From contig CAJINV010000001.1 of the NCBI GenBank assembly GCA_905178155.1, positions 14,577,119-14,630,124 of the forward strand: 53,006 nt of DNA, given 5' to 3'. Positions 1-11,567 of the stretch are shown here, in pieces. This DNA is from Amoebophrya sp. A120 (Eukaryota; Protista; Dinoflagellata). The position numbers were made by a program, and so were the translations under genes. The notes under the pieces are model-generated. The model was not told the DNA's origin. It saw only the letters and a list, made by a program, of their open reading frames with translations, and made no database searches. Each line of letters starts with the position of its first letter. Positions within the stretch are counted from its first letter, which is position 1.

Positions 1-193
1 GTTCTTTCTTCTGTATCGTTCCTCAGTGTGTTTGCATTCATATCCGCGTGCTACGCTAGAAGCTATTTGCTAAGTACGATGCTACGACAGTGGTTGCACG
101 ATAGTCCGAATACAAGTGGTCTGAACGAATACCGATAGTATGGATTACTTTTGCATTCAAACTGAAATCGGGTGTACGTCAATACCGATGACA
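1..193 (-). repeat. Probable start of the 3' LTR of the Copia element (runs off the window)
   Basis: On the minus strand a purine tract GGAGACGGGGGAA (206-194) is followed immediately by TGTCA at 193, downstream of the Copia pol stop. This is the canonical PPT-then-TG LTR start. Confidence 0.6.
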
Positions 194-206
194 TTCCCCC
201 GTCTCC
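194..206 (-). promoter_or_regulatory. Polypurine tract (plus-strand priming site) of the Copia element
   Basis: GGAGACGGGGGAA abutting TG. Confidence 0.55.
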
Positions 207-816
207 ATATGAAATAGCATGTAAAATAGTATAAAAATAGTAGTAATTCTAGTAAATATTTTAGGTGCTATTTCGAAAATAAAATTAGTAGTCCTAATGG
301 GATACAGGCTCTTTAAGTGAAATTAATTTGCATTGCGCATGGGATACAGCATGAATAGTTTGGAGGTCAAATAAAATCTACTGTATACAAAAATTGATAT
401 AAATATAAAGAAGGATATTACTACAGAATCAATGGGCTTAACAGATACACCCTATTGGTTGCGTAATAACAGCGAGCTTCGCTGTAGACATACAAAAATG
501 CGTAAATGAAAACCAGAAAAAACAAGGATGTAATGCGTGGAAAAAGAAAAATCTAAAACCACAGACAAAAAGGTACAAAAGCAACGGGGACTAGGCCCAT
601 CAGGAGACAGGAAAAACAGAGGGCGTTTTAGGCGAAAAAATGAAGCAAAAATCTCACGGAGGGATGTGCACAAAAGAGAAAAAAATCTTCAGGCAAAAAG
701 AGTGCGGGTGAGCTTGCAACAAAAAGTGAAAAATCACAACAAAAATTGCCAAAAACGAAAAAAAATTGTCTCAAAAAACTTACCCGCATCCGAACCATTC
801 AGCTCAAGGCTTGGAT

Positions 817-1716
817 TTAGGTGCTGACTTGGATGCGGCCAGTAGCAAGCGCCTTAATGATCATCCTGGGATAGGACGCCATATGCGTGAGCTCGTCAGC
901 AATATTGATTTCGCGCGGAATGTGGCGAACATCAATAAGCTTTTCTTTTTGTTCTTGGCGTAGCATCGCAGCATCGGACATCAAGTTCGTTTCGCGCTTC
1001 ATCTTGTGCGTAGTGCCAGCTGTGCTAACGTTATCGGATGAATCGGTCAGACACAGGATAGGCGTACTAGCATCAAGAGTTCCGACTTCGACAAGCATAC
1101 CTTGCAGATACTTTGCATCAGCATGCGCACCGCGCAACGCTAACAACTCAGAACCTGCAGGCGATGACGACCGCCGTGCCTGCTTGATCGATTGCCAACG
1201 CATCGGAATTGCGCGCCTAGATGGACCAGGAGTCATTTCACTGAGAAAAATGACAAATCCAGTCTGAGACTCGCCATCGGGTCGGCCTTTGAACGAACTG
1301 TCGCTGAAAGAGACTAGCTGAAGGGGTCCTTGCAGCTTGAAAAAATTAGTGCTAAAATCCAACCTGTGTGCTACTGTGCGCGCGACTTTGTTCAGCTTGT
1401 GGATGTCCGACCAGGTCGGATGTTCCATGACTGAACTCAAAATCGACAATGGGCATGCGATATCAGGGCGCGAACGCGTGGCCCATCGCAAATTGCCGAT
1501 AAGTGTGCGGTAGGGGCACTTGCCGTCTTTGTTCTTCTGTGTGAATGGCTCACGCGATTCCGCATCAACACCATGCGGAATTGGAATTTCGACGATCTTA
1601 GAAGTGTAGTGCTCCTGCGAAAGTCGAAAACTGTGGTCGGTGTTCAGCGCGAGCTTTTGCCCGACGTAGTTCACAGGGTTGGAAAACGTCAAATCCTCTT
1701 TGGAACCAAACGAAAA
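817..1716 (-). mobile_element. pol: Ty1/Copia pol C-terminus (RT end + RNase H), 5' part lost in the assembly gap
   Basis: Copia motifs LSQEHY, YRTLIGNLRWATRSRPDIA, VSFSDSSF, SQTGFVIF, WQSIKQARRSSSPAGSELLAL, TDS and HIPREINIADELT. Confidence 0.9.
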
Positions 1717-1816
1717 NNNNNNNNNNNNNNNNNNNNNNNNNNNNNNNNNNNNNNNNNNNNNNNNNNNNNNNNNNNNNNNNNNNNNNNNNNNNNNNNNNNN
1801 NNNNNNNNNNNNNNNN
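1717..1816. other. Assembly gap (100 N); a further single N at 5840
   Basis: Run of N. Confidence 1.
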
Positions 1817-1911
1817 TCTCGGAGAGGCAGAAACGACAAAGACAGCCGCAAGCGATCGGCGCAGACCGAAAGTCGCTAGCGGAGAGAGATCATCGCGCAA
1901 AATTCCACCAA
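1817..1911. repeat. 95-bp direct repeat B, copy 1 (identical to 5841-5935)
   Basis: tctcggagaggcag...aattccaccaa occurs at both sites; both copies begin right after N. Confidence 0.85.
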
Positions 1912-2561
1912 GAAACTGCCGATGTCAGTCGTACTGTCAATAAGCTAGCTTTGGCGTGCCAATAGCTAACGTAAATACGAGGCAAATACGTGTCGAGTCA
2001 GTCCTGTCCGACAATCGGAGTCATCATAAGTCAATCGCTGTGGTCAGGTTTACCTGCACTACCGCGACATAGGGCGGCGCGGGTGGGTCATTTTTGAAAA
2101 ACGGTTCACCACTGTTTGTCGTGCACCATTGGCACTTCGGGAGAAGGCGTTCATAGCTAGCTAAAAACCTCGCTCGTCAGAGGGCGGTGCCGCGAGAACA
2201 AAGATCACCGCACTCCCGGACAAACCGGAAGTGGACTGCCCCGAAATCATTCGCAGATGATTTCCTCATTTCCATCGTGCTCGGTCGACGTTCAAAGATA
2301 GATCAACGGAACAAAAAGAGCAACTGCTAGCTAGTTCAATAGCTAGCACGCCTGCTTTGGCTAGTTCACTTTCATCTTGGTCATTTCTGAGATCCGTCTC
2401 CGATTTCATTTCTATTCTAGGTACTCGGGATACTTCGAATAATAAAGAAAGAAGAAAACCGAAACGATGAAGACAGTTGCTGCTAAGGACACCCCCCAGC
2501 GCTTGGGTGTCGGTATCTCTGTCCTGGCCATGAGCGGCTGGCCGCACAAAAAGAAAGAAGC

Positions 2562-5143
2562 GCAGTTAGAAACCTCGGGGCGGTGGCGGCCGCTAGTTTC
2601 CAGCTAATTTGTGCGGGATTTTTTCAAACCCCGACAATCGGGATAATAGTTGAAGGCCCAAACCCGAAAAGGCGACAACCCAAGTTGCCGCGCGCGAGGT
2701 CCCAAAACAAGCACGAGAGGGGCTTCAGGACAAGAAAAAGAAAACAACGAGAAGCAGGCCGCCTCCTACACATGGAGCATGGCAACGCCGGCAATCTCAC
2801 ACAGGACGAATTCCCACAAAACAAAACCCCAAATCCCAAAACCGCCCGAGAAGCAAAAGAACCCGTCGAACACTCCACCCAGTTGCACCCATACGAAACA
2901 CCCCCCGCGGGCGGCTATTTTCGCTGCTAATTCTGCGGCTAATTTTGTTTCTATTTTTGGGCTATATTTTCGTTACTAATTTTGCTTCTATTTTCGTACT
3001 CTAAATCATGTTCTATTTTCGTACTCTAAGTCATGTTCTATTTTTGGGCTCTAAGTCGTATTCTATTTTGGCTTCTAAATCGTGCTTCTATTTTGCTTTC
3101 TATTTTTAGCGGGATTCGCATGTTCGAGCGGCTGCTTTTCAACTTCTAAATTCGCGCTTTGGAGGATTTCCTTTGGAAATCTCCAGCGTCACGAAAAATA
3201 GAAGTTGGGAAGACAGCGGCCGAACACGCGAATCCCGCAGAAAAATAGAAAGCAAAACAGCGAGCACGTTTAGAAGTCCAAAATAGAATACGACTCAGAG
3301 CCCAAAAGTAGAACGCTTTCGAAAAGCCCAGCGAGAATGGCTTTGCGAAAGAACGAGACAGGGATAGGGTGCAGGGATTTCAATCAACTCAGATGGAGGG
3401 CGTGGGGCGACTTCGCCCGCTAAATTTTGGCTAATTTTTTCGGGATTTTTAAAAAGTCCGGGCAAACAAAGGCGACCGCGGTGGCGTTGCCGCCGAAGGA
3501 AAAGAGTAAGCCCGCGCGGCGTGGGCAAAAGAAAACAAAACCCCAGCGGAGTTTGCGACGGCTATTTTGCGGCGGCCCGGACGGAGCGCGCACAGAACGA
3601 GACGACACCCCATGGCGCATGGGGGATAGACATGGAAACGAAATGCCCGAAGGCGGAAGCCCTTGAACCCAAGAAGGACAGACCCAAACGGAAGCCGGCG
3701 CCGGCGGAAATGTGTTTGGCCCCCGGAAATCAGTGGGCCACCATCCCATGCGCGAATGGTTATTATATTTCCCCACCACATTTCCACCACCCCAAACGAT
3801 TTAGCCTTCCGCGCTTTTTGCTAAATTGGCAGTTTAGCAAAAAGCGCGGAAAATCCTTTCTAATTTGGCCCGCTAAATTGTGTGCTAAATCGGCCGGCTA
3901 AATCCTATTCTAAAACCTATTCTATTTTTTGTTATAAATCGCATGGCTAAATCATGCACTAAATTGCCCTTCTAATTCTTGTTCTAAACTTTGCGGGATT
4001 CACACTCCTTTCATCTTCGCCTCGAACGGCTAAATTCGCGAGTACAGTGATTTCGGGAAGGAAGTCACAAACTTGCAGATTTAGCCGCCGACTTCGAAGA
4101 TGAAAAAGTGTGAATCCCGCGGCTTTGGAAACATGGAAGTCCTCTGGACTTCTATATTTCCAAAGCCACATTTAGAACAAGAATCCTGCGACGAAGGTCG
4201 ACGTCATCAGAAAGACAAACACAACACAGCGCGGAGCGCGATGCAGAACAATTATAAGGAGAGGCAACCCCCAGGGCTTGGCCGAGATAGTGACAGACAC
4301 CATCTCGAGCCTGTTGCGCCTGAGATAATGCCTTCCCCTGCAACACACATGACCACGCTGCCGGATATTTTGCGTGGTGCAAAATATCCGGAAAACCAGC
4401 GTCGGAAGACATGTCGAAATTGGCCGTCTCCACATTTCTATGGAAAACCGGGCCAATTTTTAAATTTTAAAACTTGGCGCGCGGCCAAACACAAAACACA
4501 AGGTAGGAGCAGGCACCGCGGCCGCATTGTACCAGTGGCCCACAGACACGAACAAACCCCATGGGGCCGATAAGGCGGAGACGAACCAGACAGGGGGGAG
4601 CGATAAGACACGAACCTGGGCGGCGGCACACGGGCCAAGCCAGAGAGGTGCCCGGGCCTTGGGGCCTCGGGGAAATCCCGGAAAATTTAGCCAGTTTTTA
4701 GCCCACGAACTGGCCCCACCGTCCTCCACCTGAATCAACATTGGCCACACGGCCCAGGTCTTCACAACCCAAGCCGAAAATCCGAGGGCCCCCATGAAAA
4801 TCAGACCACAAGCGCTGCCCTCCACCTTCGGGGCCACCCGGGTACGAAAATACCAAAGAAGCCCCCAGGGCGTTCGAAATTCCGAATCCCCTGCAAGCGG
4901 CCCTAATTTTTAAATTTTAACTCCCGTCGTGGCTTTTCATGGAAAAACACACGCGGGGCCAACGGGGGGACTTGACAAAAACCCGGCCCCCCGGGCGCGG
5001 TGGAAAAGGGCGGAACCCTGCGGGCCCGGGAAACTTCAGCGCCCGGGGACGAAAAGCGCCGCCCGCCCTAAGGGCTCCGGGGAAATCCCGCAAAAATTAG
5101 CTGGGATGTAGTGCCTCCCGCGGCCCGCGGGCTCTCTGACTGA
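2562..5143. mobile_element. Non-autonomous TIR element, TCAGTCAGA family (~1.23 kb plus nested insert)
   Basis: Ends gcagttagaaacctcggggc / gcgggctctctgactga. Near-identical to 32795-34021. Left flank AGAAGC, but right flank TCCTGG does not match. Confidence 0.85.
3389..4733. mobile_element. Non-autonomous TIR element (1345 bp), TSD ATCAAC, nested in the previous element
   Basis: ~60-bp imperfect TIR tcagatggagggcgtggggc / gccccaccgtcctccacctga. ATCAAC at 3383-3388 and 4734-4739. Absent from the sister copy near 33615. Confidence 0.92.
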
Positions 5144-5839
5144 TCCTGGCCGTAAGCGGCTGGCCGCACAAAAAGGAAGAAGCCGAAACCATGAAGGCAG
5201 TTGCTTTGAAGGACACCCCCCAGCGCCTGGGTGCGTATCTCTGTCCTGAGGGAGCGTAAGCGGCTAGGCGCACAAAAAGAAAGAAGAAAACCGAAAAAAA
5301 CCACGTAGGCCGTTGCTGCTAAGGACACCCCCCAGCGCTTGGGTATCTCTGTCCTGGCCATAAGCGGCCGGCCACACAAAAAGAAAGAAGCCGAAACCAT
5401 GAAGACCGCTGCTGCCAAGGACACCCCCCAGCGCCTGGGTGTCTCTGTCCTAAGCATGAGCGGCTGGGCACACAAAAAGAAAGAAGAAAACCGAAACCAT
5501 GAAGACAGTTGCTGCCAAGGACACCCCCCAGCGCTTGGGTATCTCTGTCCTGGCCATAAGCGGCGGGCCACACAAAAAGAAAGAAGGAAGCCGAAACCAT
5601 GAAGGCAGTTGCTTTTAAGGACACCCCCCAGCGCCTGGGTGTCTCTGTCCTAAGCATAAGCGGCCGGGCACACAAAAAGAAAGAAGAAAACCGAAACCAT
5701 GGCGACAGTTGCTGCTAAGGACACCCCCCCGCGCTTGGGTATTTATGTCCTGGCCATAAGCGGCCGGCCGCACAAAAAGAAAGAAGCCGAAACCATGAAG
5801 GCAGTTGCTTTGAAGGACACCCCCCAGCGCCTGGGTATC
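5144..5839. repeat. ~100-bp satellite array, truncated at N
   Basis: Repeated aaccatgaagacagttgctgctaaggacaccccccagcgc(c/t)tgggt..ctctgtcct units. Confidence 0.95.
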
Positions 5840-5840
5840 N

Positions 5841-5935
5841 TCTCGGAGAGGCAGAAACGACAAAGACAGCCGCAAGCGATCGGCGCAGACCGAAAGTCGC
5901 TAGCGGAGAGAGATCATCGCGCAAAATTCCACCAA
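5841..5935. repeat. 95-bp direct repeat B, copy 2
   Basis: Identical to 1817-1911. Confidence 0.85.
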
Positions 5936-6020
5936 ATGCAGAACAGCCCACACCTCCGCTGAGCATCGTACACGAGCGCAGACAATGGCGCAAAAGTGGC
6001 AGGAAAATGCGACCCAAATT

Positions 6021-7003
6021 TCACTCCTCTTTTGCGTTTTCAAAAACCGTCACGGTCACTTTGCTCCAACAAGCAAAACATCTAGCAGCGAAAGACTCTA
6101 TCATAGGCAAATAACGACTCCAGTCGCCTCCTGCAAGGCCACAGCCAATCAGGTGCGGGAATCCGATGGCTAAGTAGGCATCCTTTTCGGGAAACTTGTC
6201 TTGCAGTTTCGTGAATAGATCGTCTAGACCCTCGCGGAACCATTGTTCCCGTAGGGCGGGCGACTCCGCGTTCCCTTTCTGTACAGTCGGCACCTTGCCG
6301 GGTTTATACTGGCCATACACGTTGGCTACAAATCTACTCGACTTGGGCGCCACTTTCCGCAAGTCTGTCTTACCTACTTCTCTTTTGTGAAATGCATTGC
6401 ACGTGTCCGCCGGCGCGAACTTTCTAAATATGGCTTTTGCGAAGCCAGCTGGCTTGTTAGTCAAGCAGTTGCACTGGTGCGCCAGCGCGTTGATGTGGTT
6501 AGCTTCTAGTAAATCTGCTTTCACTAGTAAGATTTTTTTGGCTTCCGCCTCCAATGGCGGTTTCTTCTTTCTTTTTGGTTTTTCCAAAATCGCCTTTGAA
6601 GCGTCGCCAAGCTCCTGGCTGGGGAGTTTCAAACTTTCCGCGTCTACAGTTGATAGTAGATAGTATGCGTTGTCCGTTTTGGGAAGGGTTTCCCAATAGG
6701 ACCCCCTGCAAGTTTCGAACAGCTCGCGGCTCTTCTGAAACTTTGCTACTTGGAAAAATTTCGCGTACAAAAAAGCGAGCCTGGATTTATACTTAGGCAC
6801 TAGCATGATAGCTCTCGGCCGCCGCTCCAATTTTAGCTTCATGTAAGGCGCGAGCTTTTCCAGCACCGGATAAACTTGGTCGTTGGACGGGTGCCACCAA
6901 GACACTTCCGCGCGCAACTCCTCATCCGTCATCTGGTAGGCATCTGTCACATCTGTCCGAAAATAATCAACCAACTTGCTGACTCCCCTTCTGTCCGCCA
7001 TAG
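6021..7003 (-). CDS. pol: 3' part of YR-retroelement pol: rest of the Dam-like MTase domain + Poa1p/TARG1/DarG-type macrodomain
   Basis: In-frame continuation of ...TPTVDAM into ADRRGVSKLVDYFRTDVTDAY..WWHPS..VLEKL..RAIMLVP. Macrodomain motifs ADLLEA, AHQCNC, AGFAKAI, VANVYGQY and FPHLIGCGLAGGDW. Confidence 0.85.
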
Positions 7004-8298
7004 TCAAGTGGTCCCATTTCCCAAGATCAAAATTTTCAAAAAAAGCATATTTATTTTTTCGATCCTTCAGCGCAGCGCGTCCTCGCACCCCAGAAACGCC
7101 GTCTCGTCGCGGGCCTGAACAGGAAGAGAAGTCGGCGGCGGCCACGATAGAGTGCCTCCCGCCTCCGATGAGCCGCGGACGAAGTGCGGCGACACGCTCG
7201 TGCGGAATGTCCTGGAGAAACAGCGAGATGTGCGTCCCCAGTCCGGAAGGCAACGTCGTCTGCGAAAATGCGCGCCGCCTGGTGCGTGGATGGATCGGCT
7301 CCGTCGGGTCTATCTGTGTTCCAGCCATATCCACCACGGCTCTGCTCGACATATGAGACCCTCTCCTCCCGCTCTGGCCGATTTGCTTTCTCTTTATTTG
7401 ATATACACATGTGGAGCGAACGCAAACAAACGAACAACCCCGCGGCGCATGGCAGGTCTTCCCCTGTGGTTCTACGTGTTTATTTTTTTGAAGGAATCAG
7501 AAAAGAGTAGATCGCGAAAAGTTCCCGTCTAGTTAGGGTGAGGAGTTCTCTTGCTTTTCTAAATTAGCTTTAAACTGTTTGCTTCGGTGGTTCTACGCTG
7601 TGGCCACCTGGTAGCTGCCTTGTCGCTGCATGCTGCAGCTTTCTTGGTAACACCGCTGCCAGATCCTACATTATATCTACTTGCCGGCACTTTTTCGTGG
7701 CGACTGGTCGTTCTCATCAGGGGCTTTCTAATTTCTAAACAAAGATTAGTTCAAGTGCTGGCGTGACTTCCAGCGGCAAATGGGGAAGGCGCTGGCCATC
7801 CTGTAGACCAGACGGAATCTGTGTTTCCAGCCTATACACACAGCGGGAAAAGGTGAAAGGTAGTTTCTAGCTCAAACGACTGCGCAAGAGGGTGCGTCGA
7901 CTAGTTGCATGAGTGCAACAGACCGATGCCACGCAAGGCATCACGTGGGGAAAACTTCAAGCAAATAGAGCTGGCTCGACATTTCTAAATCACGAAAGAG
8001 CAAGAGGCAGGAATCTTACTCAACTTCAATACTTATCTCATTGCTGGATTGCCGGTAAGCCTTTTTTTCACTTTCTAACTGATCAGAGTAGGGCGCTGAA
8101 AATAGCAGTTCTCGCGCTCTGTGATGAGCCGACCTCCAGAAACCGAGGTCACAAAGTTGCAAAATCAAAACAATGTCGCTAGTTCATTTCCCAAAACAAG
8201 ACGTCGTCATTATTTTTTTTTCAATTTCAGGGCTCGCCAATAGAAAGTAAATATATCTCTAGCTACTGTATCTAAACCGAATTTTACTGCGCTGGCAC

Positions 8299-9208
8299 TT
8301 ACGAACCGATCTTCTTCCCCATTTTGTGTTTGTTCTTGATCTCCGCAAGTTTGGACTGCCACAGCGACTGATCCTTACCCGACGGAGACTTGCCGACGTT
8401 GCCACCGGAAGAGGAAGAGGAAGAGGACTGGTTGTCATGCCGCTGCTGCGCCACCACGGCCATCTTCTGCACCTTATTGTCGAAGTTCTGCTTCCGCTTT
8501 TTCGCCGCCGGCATCATCGCCTTATCCTCGTCCTTTTCCTTCTTGGTGCGGGTGGTTTTGGCCTTTTTGGTCTCAACCTTCTGGTCCCGTTTTTTCTGCT
8601 CCAGCGCACTGGAGATGTTGTTCGCCAGCGCCGTCATCTCGACCTGCGTCGCGGCGGACAGATACTTCTTCGCCCTTTCGCGGTATTCGTCGATCTTCTG
8701 GATTTTGAGGTCCATCTCCGCCTCCGTCAGGTTGTTGATTTCGTCAGAGTTCAACTTCAACATCTTTTTCAGCTCCTGGTACGCGTGACCGTCGTCCGCC
8801 AAGATGCTCGTCCCCATCACCCTGTCCAGTCCGATCTTGTACACCAGGTCCGGCATATGGATGGAAAAAGCGGCGACAAGCCCAAGCCTTATCATGGTTT
8901 TCAGCCACATAGGAGGGCCAATGTGGGCACAGTCGAACATTACAAACATGGACTTGCCGCCGCTTTTGCAATCAATATGTCGGCAACAGCTGCGCATACT
9001 GCGCCGCCTCAAGCGCCTCCTTGCACTTCAAGTCTTCCTCGCTGAACCGCATGTACACGATGCAGCGCGCAGCCTTACGGTAGTCCGCAGTGTCCTTCTT
9101 GAACAGCTTCATCGCGGCTGCGAGGTTGTTGGCCGTCCTCTCCTCGCTGTTTTGTGTTTGAGTTGAATTGTTTCCAAGGGCTGTGGCCTGCCTTCTAGAC
9201 GAAGGCAT
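8299..9208 (-). CDS. Transposon cargo gene, unknown helical/basic protein, probably two exons (8972-9208 and 8299-~9012)
   Basis: Two overlapping minus-strand ORFs with coding-like composition; no recognisable domain. Confidence 0.55.
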
Positions 9209-9556
9209 GTCGCTACCAGGCGTCTGTCGGTGTTGGGAACGAAACTACACAAGAGCTAGATCACCGGCCCCCTTTTGCCAGAACACGTCCTAAAATGCCA
9301 GTCTTTGCCTCTTCCCTAAAAGGATCGCCGATAAAACTTTGCGAAGGGGCAAGCACACACTGCAAAATTGTCAAAAGTGATTTTTAGGTGCGGACAAGGC
9401 GTGCTGTATAACAACGACAGAAAGGAGGAAACTTTCGCCGTTTCCTCTCCTCTGCTGCATCAGAAAATTTGCACACCCATGGGGACCAGGCGAGACGTAT
9501 GACAAAAACGGGCCATCTTTCGAACTAAAAGCAAACCTCTATGGACCGCGGCCCCA

Positions 9557-10414
9557 TTACCCAAATCTTAGCGATAAAAAATACCTTCTGTAGATGGCGT
9601 ATTGGTTCCGGGAATTGATTCGCAGGACGCAGCTCACCGTCTCCTGAATCGCCTGGACCGCTTCCACAGCACACTTTTCCAGCAACTGCAGAACGTTCGT
9701 CTTCAATTTCGGAAACGGGCACCGGGCCTGGGGTAACTTCTGGATGTCCTCCTTCGCGGACAAGATGCTGCCCGGGTCGTCGGCGTCGAACTTGATGCTC
9801 AGATCGTTCAAGAGGTAGCTGGGCCAGCTGGTGAAGCCGGTGAGGGTGATGCCGCGGTCCTGCAAAATACCCGCGATGGCCACCTGCGAGATCTGCAGGT
9901 CGGTGAACTTGTTCCACTCCTTGGTTTGGGCGATCGCCTCGAGCACGATCTGGTAGGAGTCACGCTGCTCCAATTTGACCAACTCGAGGATTTCCCGCGC
10001 AGCCTCGATCAACCCCTCCTCGATGCAATCCAGAATTTCGAACTTGGCAGCGGACCCGTCCACCTCGGCGACGGCGCGCTGCATCGGCTTGTTCCCCTGA
10101 CTCAACCACGCCGGCGGCTCCGTTTTCGGTGGACGAAAAGACGGCGAGTTGAAATCCAGCCAGGTTAACCAGGAGAGGTACTCGAAAACACGCAAGATCT
10201 GCGTCTGTTCCGTGAACACCTCCACACTCCACTTTTTCGCGAACATGCTCTGCAACAAGAGCACCCCAGTCTCCTGGAAGATTTCGAAGCGGAAAAGCGG
10301 GACGATGTCCTCAATCCCGAGGTCTTTCACCTGCTTGAGCATTGCGTGCTCGCAGTTACTATGAATTGCAAAAATATCGCGCCTGTAGTATTGCAATACA
10401 AATTTTCTCAGCAT
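9557..10414 (-). CDS. Transposon cargo ORF, unknown (possibly the 3' exon of the 10461-11567 gene)
   Basis: 285-aa ORF of globular composition; TACAG acceptor-like site near 10383. Confidence 0.6.
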   Translation of the reverse strand: MLRKFVLQYYRRDIFAIHSNCEHAMLKQVKDLGIEDIVPLFRFEIFQETGVLLLQSMFAKKWSVEVFTEQTQILRVFEYLSWLTWLDFNSPSFRPPKTEPPAWLSQGNKPMQRAVAEVDGSAAKFEILDCIEEGLIEAAREILELVKLEQRDSYQIVLEAIAQTKEWNKFTDLQISQVAIAGILQDRGITLTGFTSWPSYLLNDLSIKFDADDPGSILSAKEDIQKLPQARCPFPKLKTNVLQLLEKCAVEAVQAIQETVSCVLRINSRNQYAIYRRYFLSLRFG

Positions 10415-10460
10415 TAAGAATGCAATTTGTCATGCTGAATTGCTTTGCAGATGAGATCTG

Positions 10461-11567
10461 TCATGCATACTTGCGAATACTACAAGCGAAATACTTTTGC
10501 ACATGATAGTTACGCATCTGCTGCAATTCTTCCTCCTCCCAAATGTACAGAGTGTCCAGCTCCGGGACGACGTACTGGTACTTTGTCGGCTGGCGCGAGA
10601 AGGTGTCGTTGGAATTGTCGGCCACAAAACTGCTTCCCATCGTGGCACTCCCAGAAGACGGGGCCACCGGATGCAGCCCTTCCGAACCAAAGTAAGCGAT
10701 AGAAGAAGACGCCACGCCGGCATTGGGAATCTCCTTGCTCTTCGAGTCCGCTTCCACCGATCGTTCGCCCTGCGAGGGCAGGTCCTCATCTGCGTACTTG
10801 TTGAAACTGGTATTGTCCAGGAGCTGACTATCCTCGGCGTCCTCCGCGTCTTCCCCCTTGCCGGAATCCATCTGCAACGCCGAGGTGAGAAAGTTGTCCG
10901 CCGGCGACGTCGCTTCACCGGAAGTTGCCCCAGCTCCTTCACCGGTGGTTTCTTCAGCGGCAGATTCCACAGCTTCTTTTCCTTCGGCCTCCTTCTTACT
11001 CCCAGTCACTTCGCGCACACCATGCAGGGCAACTGGATCGCGATTCGGATTGTAGCCGAACAAACTGCTCTTCGCGCCGGTGGCGGAGGACCCAATGGAC
11101 GATCCCGCTCCGGGGAGAGAAAACGCAGCGGAGCCACCGCGGGGGTTCTGGCGGTACTGCGCCATCGACCGGCCGGAGTTGTTTGTAGTAGTTTTGGGCG
11201 CGATTTGTTCGTACGTGGTGTTCAACTTCTTGAGAAACTGGGCAACCGGCAAAACCGGAATCTTCTTGTCTTTCTTTTCGTTAAACTTTTTCATCAGCTC
11301 CCTGTCAAACGTCATGTTGCCGTCTGCGTCCGCTTTGAACGTGCGCATGATCTCGTAGTCGACGCTTCCACACTGTTTCTTCGAGCCCCGGACCTTTTTG
11401 TACACGTCCAGGTTGTTCGTGGTCGCGGAGAAGTTGTTACGCCGCAACGCCTCCAGGATCTTGGGGTCCGTCATAGCAGCGCGCTCCTTGCGCTGCTTAT
11501 CCGCGGCGGCCTTGTCACCCATCTCTTTCGAGACGGCCTGCTCGATGATATTATCACCGATGACCAT
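10461..11567 (-). CDS. Transposon cargo ORF, unknown, low-complexity acidic/Ser-rich C-terminal half
   Basis: 368-aa ATG-initiated ORF. Confidence 0.65.
   Translation of the reverse strand: MVIGDNIIEQAVSKEMGDKAAADKQRKERAAMTDPKILEALRRNNFSATTNNLDVYKKVRGSKKQCGSVDYEIMRTFKADADGNMTFDRELMKKFNEKKDKKIPVLPVAQFLKKLNTTYEQIAPKTTTNNSGRSMAQYRQNPRGGSAAFSLPGAGSSIGSSATGAKSSLFGYNPNRDPVALHGVREVTGSKKEAEGKEAVESAAEETTGEGAGATSGEATSPADNFLTSALQMDSGKGEDAEDAEDSQLLDNTSFNKYADEDLPSQGERSVEADSKSKEIPNAGVASSSIAYFGSEGLHPVAPSSGSATMGSSFVADNSNDTFSRQPTKYQYVVPELDTLYIWEEEELQQMRNYHVQKYFACSIRKYA

Larger units (their letters stand above)
2159..5839. repeat. Long direct repeat A, left copy (unique ~290 bp + satellite + TIR element)
   Basis: Near-identical to the sequence starting at 32396 (agctaaaaacctcgctcgtcagagggcgg...). 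Confidence 0.9.

Noticed and set aside
1573-1965. ORFs spanning the N gap, including the start of 817-1851
   Set aside because: They are chimeric across an unsized gap. Nesting of the YR element within the Copia element therefore cannot be claimed either.
7004-7352. N-terminal ~116 aa of the 443-aa macrodomain ORF as a standalone gene
   Set aside because: This stretch is read-through from the transposon end; the true upstream sequence is pol at 17157 and above.
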